A stretch of 64,000 nt of DNA, taken from positions 4,485 to 68,484 of the forward strand of contig DAIOTF010000001.1 in assembly GCA_036752165.1 (NCBI GenBank), read 5' to 3'. This document shows positions 19,596-28,878 of the stretch, piece after piece; the first letter of the stretch is position 1, and every line of letters starts with the position of its first letter. The notes under the pieces were generated by a model. That model saw only the letters and a program-made list of their open reading frames with translations. It was not told where the DNA came from and searched no databases. Source of the DNA: Atopostipes sp. Its GTDB lineage: Bacteria; Bacillota; Bacilli; Lactobacillales; Carnobacteriaceae_A. A program made the translations under genes and the position numbers.

Positions 19596-20714
19596 TTATT
19601 TAAATTTAAATACATCTTCTTGAGTATCTGATGGAATAATTTCTATATTCCAGTTTTCTTCTTTGTCCCAGCTTCTTAATAAATTGGTCATTTTTTCAAC
19701 AAATATATTTTCTGTAAAATGGCCAACATCAATAAATGCTAAGCCGTCTCGAATCATATCTTGGGCGCCATGGTATGAGATATCACCTGTAATATATAAA
19801 TCTGCCCCTTTAGTTAGTGCCTGTTTATAATAACTTTCACCTGAACCACCGAGTATTGCAACTTTTTTAATTTTCTTATCTAAAGGCATATTAGCATGGC
19901 GGACATCTTTTAATTTAAAAGACTCTTTAACTTTTTCAATCATGTCTTTAAATGATTCTTCTTTTTCAAGATCCCCTACACGTCCAATACCATAGGTTTT
20001 TCCTTTTTTTCCAATATCTAAAATGTGATAAACAGGCTCTTCATATGGATGATTTTGATAAATTGTTTGTATTATTTTCCCTAACAAGGAACTTGGAAAT
20101 AAAATTTCTGCCCGTTCTTCTTCTACGTTTTCCGCTTCATTTTGCTCCCCTATAGTAGGGTTGGCTTCCTCTTCAGGTGTAAAATGCCCTGTCCCCATTG
20201 AAGTATAAGAAACGTCCTTATAGTCGCCTACTTGGCCAGCTCCGGCTGCATGAAGGGCTTGTCGCATTTCTTCTGCGTGATCCTGAGGTGTATAAAGGAC
20301 TAATAGCTTTAGGTCATTTTGATGTGAAGTGGTAATGACCTCTAAAGGGTGTTTTAAATTTATAGCTTCTGCTAACCAGTCATTCATACCATTTTCAGCA
20401 GCGTCTATATTTGTATGAGCTGAGTACAGTGCGATATTCGCACGTATTAATTCAATATATTCACGTCTTCTTGCGTCTTCCTCATTAAGTGTTTTTAATG
20501 AGTTAAAAATAGAGGGATGGTGTGTGAATATCAGGTCAACCTCTTTGTCTTTTGCTTCTTTTAATGTATTGGCATCCAAGTCTAATGCTACAAGCATACG
20601 GGACACTTCTCGCTCTTCGGAGCCAAATGCAAGCCCAATTGGATCCCAACTTTCAGCAAGATGCTTAGGCGCAAACTTCTCAATACGATTTGTAATCGAT
20701 TTTACTGTTGTCAT
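19596..20714 (-). CDS. Nif3-like dinuclear metal centre protein (YqfO)
   Basis: WDPIGL, THHP, HTNID, PII-like insert with HPYEEP, and GH.TE. Confidence 0.92.
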   Translation of the reverse strand: MTTVKSITNRIEKFAPKHLAESWDPIGLAFGSEEREVSRMLVALDLDANTLKEAKDKEVDLIFTHHPSIFNSLKTLNEEDARRREYIELIRANIALYSAHTNIDAAENGMNDWLAEAINLKHPLEVITTSHQNDLKLLVLYTPQDHAEEMRQALHAAGAGQVGDYKDVSYTSMGTGHFTPEEEANPTIGEQNEAENVEEERAEILFPSSLLGKIIQTIYQNHPYEEPVYHILDIGKKGKTYGIGRVGDLEKEESFKDMIEKVKESFKLKDVRHANMPLDKKIKKVAILGGSGESYYKQALTKGADLYITGDISYHGAQDMIRDGLAFIDVGHFTENIFVEKMTNLLRSWDKEENWNIEIIPSDTQEDVFKFK

Positions 20715-21406
20715 GAAATCACCCGCTCGATTTGATTTATTTTATTCTCTAAAAAGTTAATTCTTTCTGTATCTTCTGTTTGTTTAATTTTATCTAAAAC
20801 ATTTTCAAACCACAATTTTTTCTCTTTCCATTTATCTATAAAAGTAGTTGAATGCTTTTGTAATAATTTAGGTCCAAATTCATATTCTAAATTAGAGTAC
20901 TGAAGTGGCTTACTTGTAGATTCAGCGACAATGATCTCATAGTATTTCCCCTTCTCTTCAAGAATGGTTTCTTCAATAATTTTATAACTAGCCTGGGCTA
21001 AAAAATGACGCACATGTTTTTCCCCATGATTGGGTTGCAAAACTAAGCGTGTTTCTTTGGAAAGTTTATTATTTTTTATACCTTTTTCTAAAATTTTAGA
21101 AATCAAAGATCCGCCCATTCCACAAATAAAGATTGTGCCAATGGTTTCTTTTGAATCAATTACATCTAAACCATCCCCCATACGAACAGATATCAAGCTT
21201 TCATAACCGTAAGTTAAAACTTTTGACTGCGCATATTGGTAAGGGCCTAACACAACTTCTCCAGCAATAGCTTTCGGGGCCACTCTCTCTTGTATAAGAT
21301 AAATAGGTAAATTAGCATGGTCCGATCCAATATCTAAAATGGGTTTACCATAGATGGCATATTTTGAAGCTTTTTCAAGTCTTTTTGACAATTCTACTTT
21401 TTTCAT
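20711..21406 (-). CDS. trmK: tRNA (adenine22-N1)-methyltransferase
   Basis: LSKRL, DIGSDHA.LP, GDGL, ICGMGG and LVLQP. Upstream of the Nif3 gene. Confidence 0.93.
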   Translation of the reverse strand: MKKVELSKRLEKASKYAIYGKPILDIGSDHANLPIYLIQERVAPKAIAGEVVLGPYQYAQSKVLTYGYESLISVRMGDGLDVIDSKETIGTIFICGMGGSLISKILEKGIKNNKLSKETRLVLQPNHGEKHVRHFLAQASYKIIEETILEEKGKYYEIIVAESTSKPLQYSNLEYEFGPKLLQKHSTTFIDKWKEKKLWFENVLDKIKQTEDTERINFLENKINQIERVIS

Positions 21407-21432
21407 GGGATCACCTAATATCTATCAAAATC

Positions 21433-21480
21433 AAAAAAACCTTCACAAAACAAAAGAATTCCTTTGTTATGTGAAGGTCG
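21433..21480 (-). terminator. Terminator downstream of rplY
   Basis: ACCTTCACA...TGTGAAGGT stem preceded by an A-tract (U-tract on the minus strand). Confidence 0.75.
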
Positions 21481-21488
21481 TTTATTCA

Positions 21489-22115
21489 TTATTCTTCTGT
21501 TTCTTCTTCATCTTCGCCGATTACTTCTGGTTCAGGCATTTCGTCTGATCCTTCAGATGGCTCTAAGTCATCAGAAATATCTTCAGGCGCGTTCACTGAA
21601 ACAATCGTGTCTTCTGGTTCAGAAAGTAATTCTGCACCTTCAGGCATTTTTACACTTGCTACAGTTAACATGTCACCAATTTCAAGTTCTGAAACATCAA
21701 TTGTGAAGTATTCAGGAGCTTTTTCAGGAGCAACTTCAATTTCAAGTTCAGAGATTGATTGTGCAACAATCCCCTCACTAATATTTTCTTCTCCTTCAAT
21801 GTACACTGGAATAGTCATTACTACTTTTTCACCAGCAGTAAAGGCTTGTAAGTCAACATGATATAATTTTGGTACTAGAGCAAATGAAGCAGTGTCTTTA
21901 ACGAACACACTGTACTCTTCACCTTCTACATCAAGTTTAAATACTCCGTTTGATCCAACCTCACGAATTGCATCTTCAAACTCTTTTAAATCTACTAAAA
22001 CAGGTAATGATTCTACTGCACTACCATATACAACAGCAGGTAATTTACCAGCAGCACGTGCTTTTTTAGAAGCAGACGTTCCTGTTTGCGTGCGTTTTTC
22101 CGCAGCTATTTTCAT
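21489..22115 (-). CDS. rplY: 50S ribosomal protein L25 / general stress protein Ctc
   Basis: ARAAGKLPAVVYG, HVDL, IPV, IDVSELEIGD and an acidic tail. Confidence 0.92.
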   Translation of the reverse strand: MKIAAEKRTQTGTSASKKARAAGKLPAVVYGSAVESLPVLVDLKEFEDAIREVGSNGVFKLDVEGEEYSVFVKDTASFALVPKLYHVDLQAFTAGEKVVMTIPVYIEGEENISEGIVAQSISELEIEVAPEKAPEYFTIDVSELEIGDMLTVASVKMPEGAELLSEPEDTIVSVNAPEDISDDLEPSEGSDEMPEPEVIGEDEEETEE

Positions 22116-22191
22116 CTATTTCACCTTCCACTCAATATTAAAAAAATATAAATTCAGTTTCATGTAATCATGTCTGAATAAACCAAAAAGT

Positions 22192-22220
22192 AGTATACCA
22201 AATATTGCCTTGTAATGCAA
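22192..22220 (-). promoter_or_regulatory. SigA promoter of rplY
   Basis: TTGCAT-17 nt-TATACT with a TG extension. Confidence 0.7.
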
Positions 22221-22246
22221 AGTATCTTGACAATATTTTTCGAAAA

Positions 22247-23365
22247 TTACTCTAAAAAGTCTTTCAATTGTTTTGAACGGCTCGGATGACGTAATTTTCT
22301 TAGCGCTTTTGCTTCGATTTGACGGATACGTTCACGTGTCACTCCAAAAACTTTACCTACATCTTCCAATGTACGGTTACGTCCATCATCTAAACCGAAA
22401 CGCAAGCGTAGAACATTTTCTTCACGGTCAGTTAAAGTCTCTAAAACATCCTCTAACTCTCCCTTAAGCATTTCATAGGATGCATTATCTTCAGGATCTA
22501 ATGCTTCACCATCTTCAATGAAATCTCCTAAATGAGAATCATTTTCTTCACCAATTGGTGTTTCAAGTGACACCGGATCTTGTGAAATATTAATAATATT
22601 TCTTACTTTATCCGTTGGTAGGTCCATTTCAGCCCCAATTTCTTCCGGGGTAGGTTCTCGACCCAAGTCTTGTAAAAGTGAACGCTGAACACGGACAAGT
22701 TTATTAATTGTCTCTACCATATGCACTGGAATACGAATGGTACGCGCTTGGTCAGCTATTGCACGCGTAATGGCTTGACGAATCCACCAAGTAGCATAAG
22801 TCGAAAACTTGAACCCTTTCGTATAATCAAATTTTGTTACAGCTTTCATAAGCCCCATGTTACCTTCTTGTATGAGATCTAAGAAACTCATGCCTCTACC
22901 CACATAACGTTTAGCAATTGAGACAACTAATCGTAAGTTTGCACTTGCTAATTCATCTTTTGCACTTTGATCATCTTCTAGAATACGTTTCGCCAATTCA
23001 ACTTCTTCTTCAGCTGTAAGTAAGTCTACACGACCAATTTCTTTTAAATACATACGTACAGGGTCATTGATTTTAACTCCTGGTGGTGCAACCAATTGCT
23101 CTTCTCGAGCTTCTTCTACAACGACTTCCTCTTCTTCAACTTGTTTTGTAAGTGGATCTCCATCCTCATCCACAACACCAATACCTTCATCTTCTAGCTT
23201 TTGGATTAATTCATCCATTGCTTTATCATCTAATTGATAAGGCTTTGCAAGTTTATCGCTTAATTCAACATAGGAAATATTATCTTGTCCTAAAAATTTA
23301 ATTTCCTCGATGAGTTCTTTACGCGCTGTAGTATATTTCTTTTTTGTTTCTGGAGTTTCTGCCAT
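22247..23365 (-). CDS. rpoD: Primary RNA polymerase sigma factor
   Basis: [53 protein letters not shown] and region 4 HTH. Confidence 0.98.
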   Translation of the reverse strand: MAETPETKKKYTTARKELIEEIKFLGQDNISYVELSDKLAKPYQLDDKAMDELIQKLEDEGIGVVDEDGDPLTKQVEEEEVVVEEAREEQLVAPPGVKINDPVRMYLKEIGRVDLLTAEEEVELAKRILEDDQSAKDELASANLRLVVSIAKRYVGRGMSFLDLIQEGNMGLMKAVTKFDYTKGFKFSTYATWWIRQAITRAIADQARTIRIPVHMVETINKLVRVQRSLLQDLGREPTPEEIGAEMDLPTDKVRNIINISQDPVSLETPIGEENDSHLGDFIEDGEALDPEDNASYEMLKGELEDVLETLTDREENVLRLRFGLDDGRNRTLEDVGKVFGVTRERIRQIEAKALRKLRHPSRSKQLKDFLE

Positions 23366-23409
23366 AAATTAATGCCTCCCATATTTTTAATCACATTTGA
23401 AAATAAATG

Positions 23410-25287
23410 TTACTTATTTTTTAATTTTTTATTCAAATCAATAATTTCAAAAACTAAAGATTTTTGTTTACTCGTATCACCGGATTTTTGAGCTTCTTGA
23501 AGCTCCTCCGTTTTTTTAAGAATTAAGGTTTTTACAGGTGAAATGTTTTTAATTACATGAACATAGTCATTAATCTCGCTGTCTACTAGCTCCCCTAAGT
23601 CCATTAACAGTATTTCTGCTACTTTCTTTTTTAAATCGTCTGTTTGTAAATAATCTAAGAAGCCTTCAGTATCTGTAGTATCAAAATCAAGTTCTCTGTA
23701 AGAATCAAATAACACATAAATAAGCTGATAATCTTCTGTTACAAATTCAAAATTAGGGTCCGTTTTATTTAACATAAACCAGGCTTCTTCATAATAGAAC
23801 AATCGATTCAATAACATTCGCTCAGCTCGTTCAACTAGAGTTACCTTGGTCTCATTTTTATATGAAACTTCTACTGAAGGTACTTCGTTTCGAATGGCCT
23901 GTTGTTGGTGTTTCATTTCCGTTAGTTGTTGAGCTTGGGTTTTGCTCATAACAGTCTCAAATTGTGACGTCAATGTCTCTAACGTTAAATCAAACTCTTC
24001 AGCTAATTGACTTAAATAAATTTCTCGCTCAACCAATGAATCTACTTTAGTTAATTCATTGAGTATATTATCAATATATTCAATTTTTTCGGCTTCATTA
24101 TTTAAATTTTTGCCCCGTCGGTAATAATTCATTAAAAATTGAATATACGTATCCCGACCATGGGTTAAAAATTCGATGAATTTTTCTGAACCATGTTTTT
24201 GAATATAATCATCTGGGTCTAATCCCGATGGAAACTGTACAATTTCTAAGTGAAAATGTGTTTTTTCAGCGATGTAGTTCGCTGAACGATAGATTGCTTC
24301 AGCTCCCGCATCATCTCCATCAAAGGCTAGAACAATTTCATCTGTAAAGCGATCCAGACGCTTCAGTTGATCTTCAGTCAGACTGGTCCCCATCGATGCA
24401 ATGCCATTTTTTATACCCGCTTGCCAAGCAGAGATGACATCCATATACCCTTCAAACAACAGGGCTTGATTTTCTCGTCGAATCGCACCTTTTGCTTTGT
24501 CAAAATTATAAATAATCGAACTCTTATTAAATAGAGTAGTTTCGGGAGTATTTAAATATTTTGCAGTGGGAAGAGAATTTTCAGTTTCTTCAAAAATTCG
24601 TCCTGAAAAACCAATTGTTTGACCTCGTTCATTATGAATGGGAAACATGATTCGTTTAGAAAATCGATCAAGAAACTCTTTAGCCTCTGGCTGCTTGTTT
24701 TGAGAAAACAATCCTGATTCCTCATAGTGCTGCACTTCATAAGTATGTTCTTTTTGTGAATCGAGATATAAGAACAGTGCGTTTCTTTGAGGGGGAGAAA
24801 ATCCTACTTCAAATTCCTCTAATGTATCTCTCGTTAATCCTCTATTTAACAGGTATTCAAGTGCTGGTTTACCCAATTGTGTGTTCATCAAAATGTGATG
24901 ATAGAACTTCTTAGCAAGTTCATTCATTGCAATTAATCGCCCTGTTTTAGAATTCTCTTGGGGCTGTTCATTGAGTACTTGAGCGACCAATGATTGGTCA
25001 ATAGGATAGTGAATGAGCTCTGCCGTTTTCAAAATAGCTTCTGGGTAACTAATGCCCTCAATCTCTCTTAAAAAATTAAAAACATTTCCACCTCGACCGC
25101 AACTAAAACAGTAAAAAATTTGTTTTTGGTCATTCACTGAAAATGAAGGAGTTTTATCTTCATGAAAAGGACAGTGAGCAAAATGATTCTGTCCTGATTT
25201 CCTTAATTGTAAATGCTGAGAAACAATATCTACGATATCTGTTTTTTGTCTGATATCATCCACTATTTCTTCAGGAATACGGACCAT
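23410..25287 (-). CDS. dnaG: DNA primase
   Basis: CPFHEDKTPSF...CFSC zinc finger, KYLNTPET, EGYMDV and TOPRIM FDGD. ATG at 25287 follows AGGAG (the track uses GTG 25296). Confidence 0.97.
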   Translation of the reverse strand: MVRIPEEIVDDIRQKTDIVDIVSQHLQLRKSGQNHFAHCPFHEDKTPSFSVNDQKQIFYCFSCGRGGNVFNFLREIEGISYPEAILKTAELIHYPIDQSLVAQVLNEQPQENSKTGRLIAMNELAKKFYHHILMNTQLGKPALEYLLNRGLTRDTLEEFEVGFSPPQRNALFLYLDSQKEHTYEVQHYEESGLFSQNKQPEAKEFLDRFSKRIMFPIHNERGQTIGFSGRIFEETENSLPTAKYLNTPETTLFNKSSIIYNFDKAKGAIRRENQALLFEGYMDVISAWQAGIKNGIASMGTSLTEDQLKRLDRFTDEIVLAFDGDDAGAEAIYRSANYIAEKTHFHLEIVQFPSGLDPDDYIQKHGSEKFIEFLTHGRDTYIQFLMNYYRRGKNLNNEAEKIEYIDNILNELTKVDSLVEREIYLSQLAEEFDLTLETLTSQFETVMSKTQAQQLTEMKHQQQAIRNEVPSVEVSYKNETKVTLVERAERMLLNRLFYYEEAWFMLNKTDPNFEFVTEDYQLIYVLFDSYRELDFDTTDTEGFLDYLQTDDLKKKVAEILLMDLGELVDSEINDYVHVIKNISPVKTLILKKTEELQEAQKSGDTSKQKSLVFEIIDLNKKLKNK

Positions 25288-25450
25288 TTTGCTCACTCCT
25301 TTTATTATTTTTTTAAAATATAGGCCTAATTACCCTAGTATAAAGTCATTACTAAGTATAGCATGAAAACTTGTGATGTCAATTTTTACACATTAAGAAA
25401 CGAAAGCAACCCTCGAAACTACATCAGCTGAGGGCTGCTTAATATAAAAG

Positions 25451-28400
25451 TTAATTTATGAGTAATTCTAAAATATCCTCTTTTGTTAAGGAGCGTACTC
25501 TCTTTTCATCATCTGTGCGAATGACTGTATCAATTAATTCCCTTTTTTGTTCTTGTAGTTCATTAATTCCTTCTTCTATTGTGCCTTTCATTATCATACG
25601 AATGACTTGAACGGATTTCTTTTGTCCAAATCGGTGAACACGGTCTGCGGCCTGATCTTCAATGGCTGGATTCCACCACGAGTCATATAAAATAACAGTG
25701 TCTCCCCCAGTTAAGTTTAATCCTGTTCCTCCAGCCCGTAAAGAAATTAAGAAAAGATCCTTTTCTCCTTCATTAAAACGTGTCGTTAGGTCTAATCGGT
25801 CTTTTTTAGGGGTTGACCCATCTAAATAATGATAGCTAACATCTAAATTATCCAAAATTTCTCGAATGATTGCTAACATACTAGTGAACTGTGAAAATAA
25901 AACAACTCTTTTATTATTTTCAAGTGCTTCTTTCAAATATTCTACTAAACGTTCTAATTTCGCAGAACCCCCCTCATAATCTGAGTCTATTAATCGAGGA
26001 TCACAACAAATTTGTCGAAGGCGAGTCATACCTGCAAGTACTTTCATACGATTTTGTTCAAAAGTATTTTGCTCAATTAAGGACTCCACATCATTACGAA
26101 TTAAAGAAAGTTGCGTTTGATACAATTGTTTTTGCTCTTCAGACAGTTCAATATATTCAATGGTTTCCGTTTTGGGTGGTAAATCTTCCAAGACGTCTTC
26201 TTTCATTCGACGCAAAACAAACATTTCAATTTTTCTAGCTATTTGTGCTTCAGTCATATTATTGAATGTCGTTTTAGATTGAAACAATCCTGGTAAAATA
26301 ATCGAAAATAATGACCATAGTTCATTCAAATTATTTTCAATGGGTGTTCCAGACAAAGCAAAGATATTATTAGCAACTAAACGTTTGACCGCTCGTGTTG
26401 TTTTTGTAGTGTCATTTTTCACATTTTGAGACTCGTCTAAAATAATAGAAATAAATTTATGTTTCTCATAAAAAGTAATATCTCTTTGAATGAGTGGATA
26501 GCTAGTAATTAATACATCTATTTCATCAGATTTTAAAGCGTCTTCTAATTGCTTTTCGCGCTCATCTACAGTCCCACTAATAACGGTTGTTTGAACAGAT
26601 GGCGCAAACTGCTCAAATTCTTTCTCCCAGTTATAAATAACACTTGATGGACTTACAATTAAATATTTCCCACCTATTTTTTCAATCTTTGATAAGATAA
26701 AAGCAATGGATTGAATGGTTTTTCCAAGCCCCATATCATCTGCTAACACTCCGCCGAGTCCATAATAATCAAGCATACTTAACCATTTAAAACCTGTTTC
26801 CTGATACGGTCTTAAGGTAGCTTGGAGATTTTTTGGCAATTCAAAAGTCAAGTGGTCTGGATCCTTTAATTCTTTAATAAATTCTTTAAATTCGCTACCG
26901 ATTGAAATATACTCTTCATTAACGACAGGTAAACCTCTTAAAACAGAAACAGAAGTTGTTTCTGAAATCTCTTCTGGGTTAAGTTCCATTTTATTAATAT
27001 TTTCAGCCAAACTCTGGAACTTTTTGTCCTTTAAATCAATGATTTTACCTGATTTTAATTGATAAAATCTTTTATTGGTCTTTTGAAGTTGAGTAATGAG
27101 TTCAGGTAATTCCTCACTTGACACATCTGTCACATCAAAACGAATATCTAAAAGGTTTGAAGTTTTATTCATTTCAATCGACATTGTCGGATGAGTCTCT
27201 TGATCATAAATAATCTCTTGAGCCTCACGTGTCAAATAGACTTTCATTAGACTACTCAACTCCGGCAACGAATCATAAATAAATAAACTAATATCATTAA
27301 AATCACTAACTATATATTGCCCATCTTCAACTTTATTACGAGTAAAATAATGAGCTAATACATTTAAAATGTCGTTTTCCTGATAAATATCTCGAATAAT
27401 AATATCCGAGGCATGTTCTTCTTCAAATTGTTCCGCATCATCTTTCAGAGGGTATATGGTCGTATTTCCATACTTAAATAGAGGAAGAATGGTTAAAGCA
27501 TTATGAACAAAGTCAATTCTAATTTCTACTTCTAAAGATTTTTGTTTAACCTCTTCTTCAATGTCCTCATCCACTTCATAATTAAAGAATTTTGTTAGAT
27601 TAGGAACAATTAAGGAATAAAAAGACGTTAAATCTGACTTTGTTAATTTTAAAGAATCGGCCGGCATTGTTTTAATGGTTTCAATTAATAGTTTCACTTT
27701 ATTATAATCTACCGAATCCAATAAATAAAAATTAGCATTGATACTTACCATATTCGCATTAGGATGGAGATAAACTTGTTTTCTTTTATCTTCTTCCGAT
27801 ACATCTAGTAAAAAATGTTCACTTTCTCTTTTCACCATAAAAGTGATTGGAATTTTATTTTCGTCTTTAATAATTTGTGGTGTTTGAAGGTCTGAAATCG
27901 AACTTAATAGTTTTGGAGGTGGAGCCAGACGAACAAAACCTCCGTCGGTTGAGGATAATCTCTCCAATAATTCAGGAATATACTTAGGCGGAATCAATAA
28001 AGAGCCCGATGTGTTAGACAAATATTGTCCATAAATCGTATAGATCGTTTCCTCTAAAATTTTACCTATTTCATAAATATAAGATAGAACTAGCCTATCT
28101 TCGGCCAAAATATAATGTGTTTCAGGACTATAAGTTAACTGTTTACCAAAAATATAGTTTTCCCCCGCTAAGAGCGTACCGATAACCTCCACAATATCTT
28201 TAATTACATACAAGTGCTCTTCTCCTACTTTAAGATAAAACTCATATTCAAATGAATCTTTAAGCGCATGCATATTTAATACATACTCAAATTTTAAAGG
28301 TGTTTTACTAAAAGAAATTGTTTCGGCGTCAATATCTTTTTTAGCTTCCTCAAATAAACGGCGCAAAACTTTTCGATTTTTTTGAAGCAACTGCACTTGA

Positions 28401-28756
28401 CCACTTGGGACGTTTAACTCTCTCACTTCATCTGAAACAAAGTTATCAAACGTTTCTTGGTTGATCGTATTCAAATAAAACATACTCGCAATAACGTGTT
28501 GACATGCTCCAGATTGTCTCTGAAAAGCAACGCAATCACAAGAATATTTTTGAGCTAGACCATTTTCTAAAAAACTAAAATATGTTTTTTGATTTTGCTC
28601 TTCTTTCACTGTAAATTCAACCGAACGATTTTTTCTATTTACTTTTATATTTTTAACTTGTTTCTTATCAAACAGATTTTTACCTTTGTCATAATTCGTT
28701 TGATCTGTCGCTAAAGCTCTGATTGTCCCTTCGGGGAAAAATTGTTTTTTAAACAA
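25451..28756 (-). CDS. SWIM zinc-finger SNF2-family helicase-like ATPase
   Basis: SWIM CDC...CQH, LRPYQ, LADDMGLGKT, DESQ, LSGTPIEN, LRQICCDP, GTGLNL and QAADRVHRFGQ. Confidence 0.92.
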   Translation of the reverse strand: MFKKQFFPEGTIRALATDQTNYDKGKNLFDKKQVKNIKVNRKNRSVEFTVKEEQNQKTYFSFLENGLAQKYSCDCVAFQRQSGACQHVIASMFYLNTINQETFDNFVSDEVRELNVPSGQVQLLQKNRKVLRRLFEEAKKDIDAETISFSKTPLKFEYVLNMHALKDSFEYEFYLKVGEEHLYVIKDIVEVIGTLLAGENYIFGKQLTYSPETHYILAEDRLVLSYIYEIGKILEETIYTIYGQYLSNTSGSLLIPPKYIPELLERLSSTDGGFVRLAPPPKLLSSISDLQTPQIIKDENKIPITFMVKRESEHFLLDVSEEDKRKQVYLHPNANMVSINANFYLLDSVDYNKVKLLIETIKTMPADSLKLTKSDLTSFYSLIVPNLTKFFNYEVDEDIEEEVKQKSLEVEIRIDFVHNALTILPLFKYGNTTIYPLKDDAEQFEEEHASDIIIRDIYQENDILNVLAHYFTRNKVEDGQYIVSDFNDISLFIYDSLPELSSLMKVYLTREAQEIIYDQETHPTMSIEMNKTSNLLDIRFDVTDVSSEELPELITQLQKTNKRFYQLKSGKIIDLKDKKFQSLAENINKMELNPEEISETTSVSVLRGLPVVNEEYISIGSEFKEFIKELKDPDHLTFELPKNLQATLRPYQETGFKWLSMLDYYGLGGVLADDMGLGKTIQSIAFILSKIEKIGGKYLIVSPSSVIYNWEKEFEQFAPSVQTTVISGTVDEREKQLEDALKSDEIDVLITSYPLIQRDITFYEKHKFISIILDESQNVKNDTTKTTRAVKRLVANNIFALSGTPIENNLNELWSLFSIILPGLFQSKTTFNNMTEAQIARKIEMFVLRRMKEDVLEDLPPKTETIEYIELSEEQKQLYQTQLSLIRNDVESLIEQNTFEQNRMKVLAGMTRLRQICCDPRLIDSDYEGGSAKLERLVEYLKEALENNKRVVLFSQFTSMLAIIREILDNLDVSYHYLDGSTPKKDRLDLTTRFNEGEKDLFLISLRAGGTGLNLTGGDTVILYDSWWNPAIEDQAADRVHRFGQKKSVQVIRMIMKGTIEEGINELQEQKRELIDTVIRTDDEKRVRSLTKEDILELLIN

Positions 28757-28878
28757 ATTATTCAGTCCTTCTTACAAATATTCTCACTATCTATCTATTA
28801 TAACAAACATTTTTTCGTTTATCATGTCATTTCAAAAAAACACTCAAGTCAAAGACTGACTTAAGTGCTTTCTTTCAT

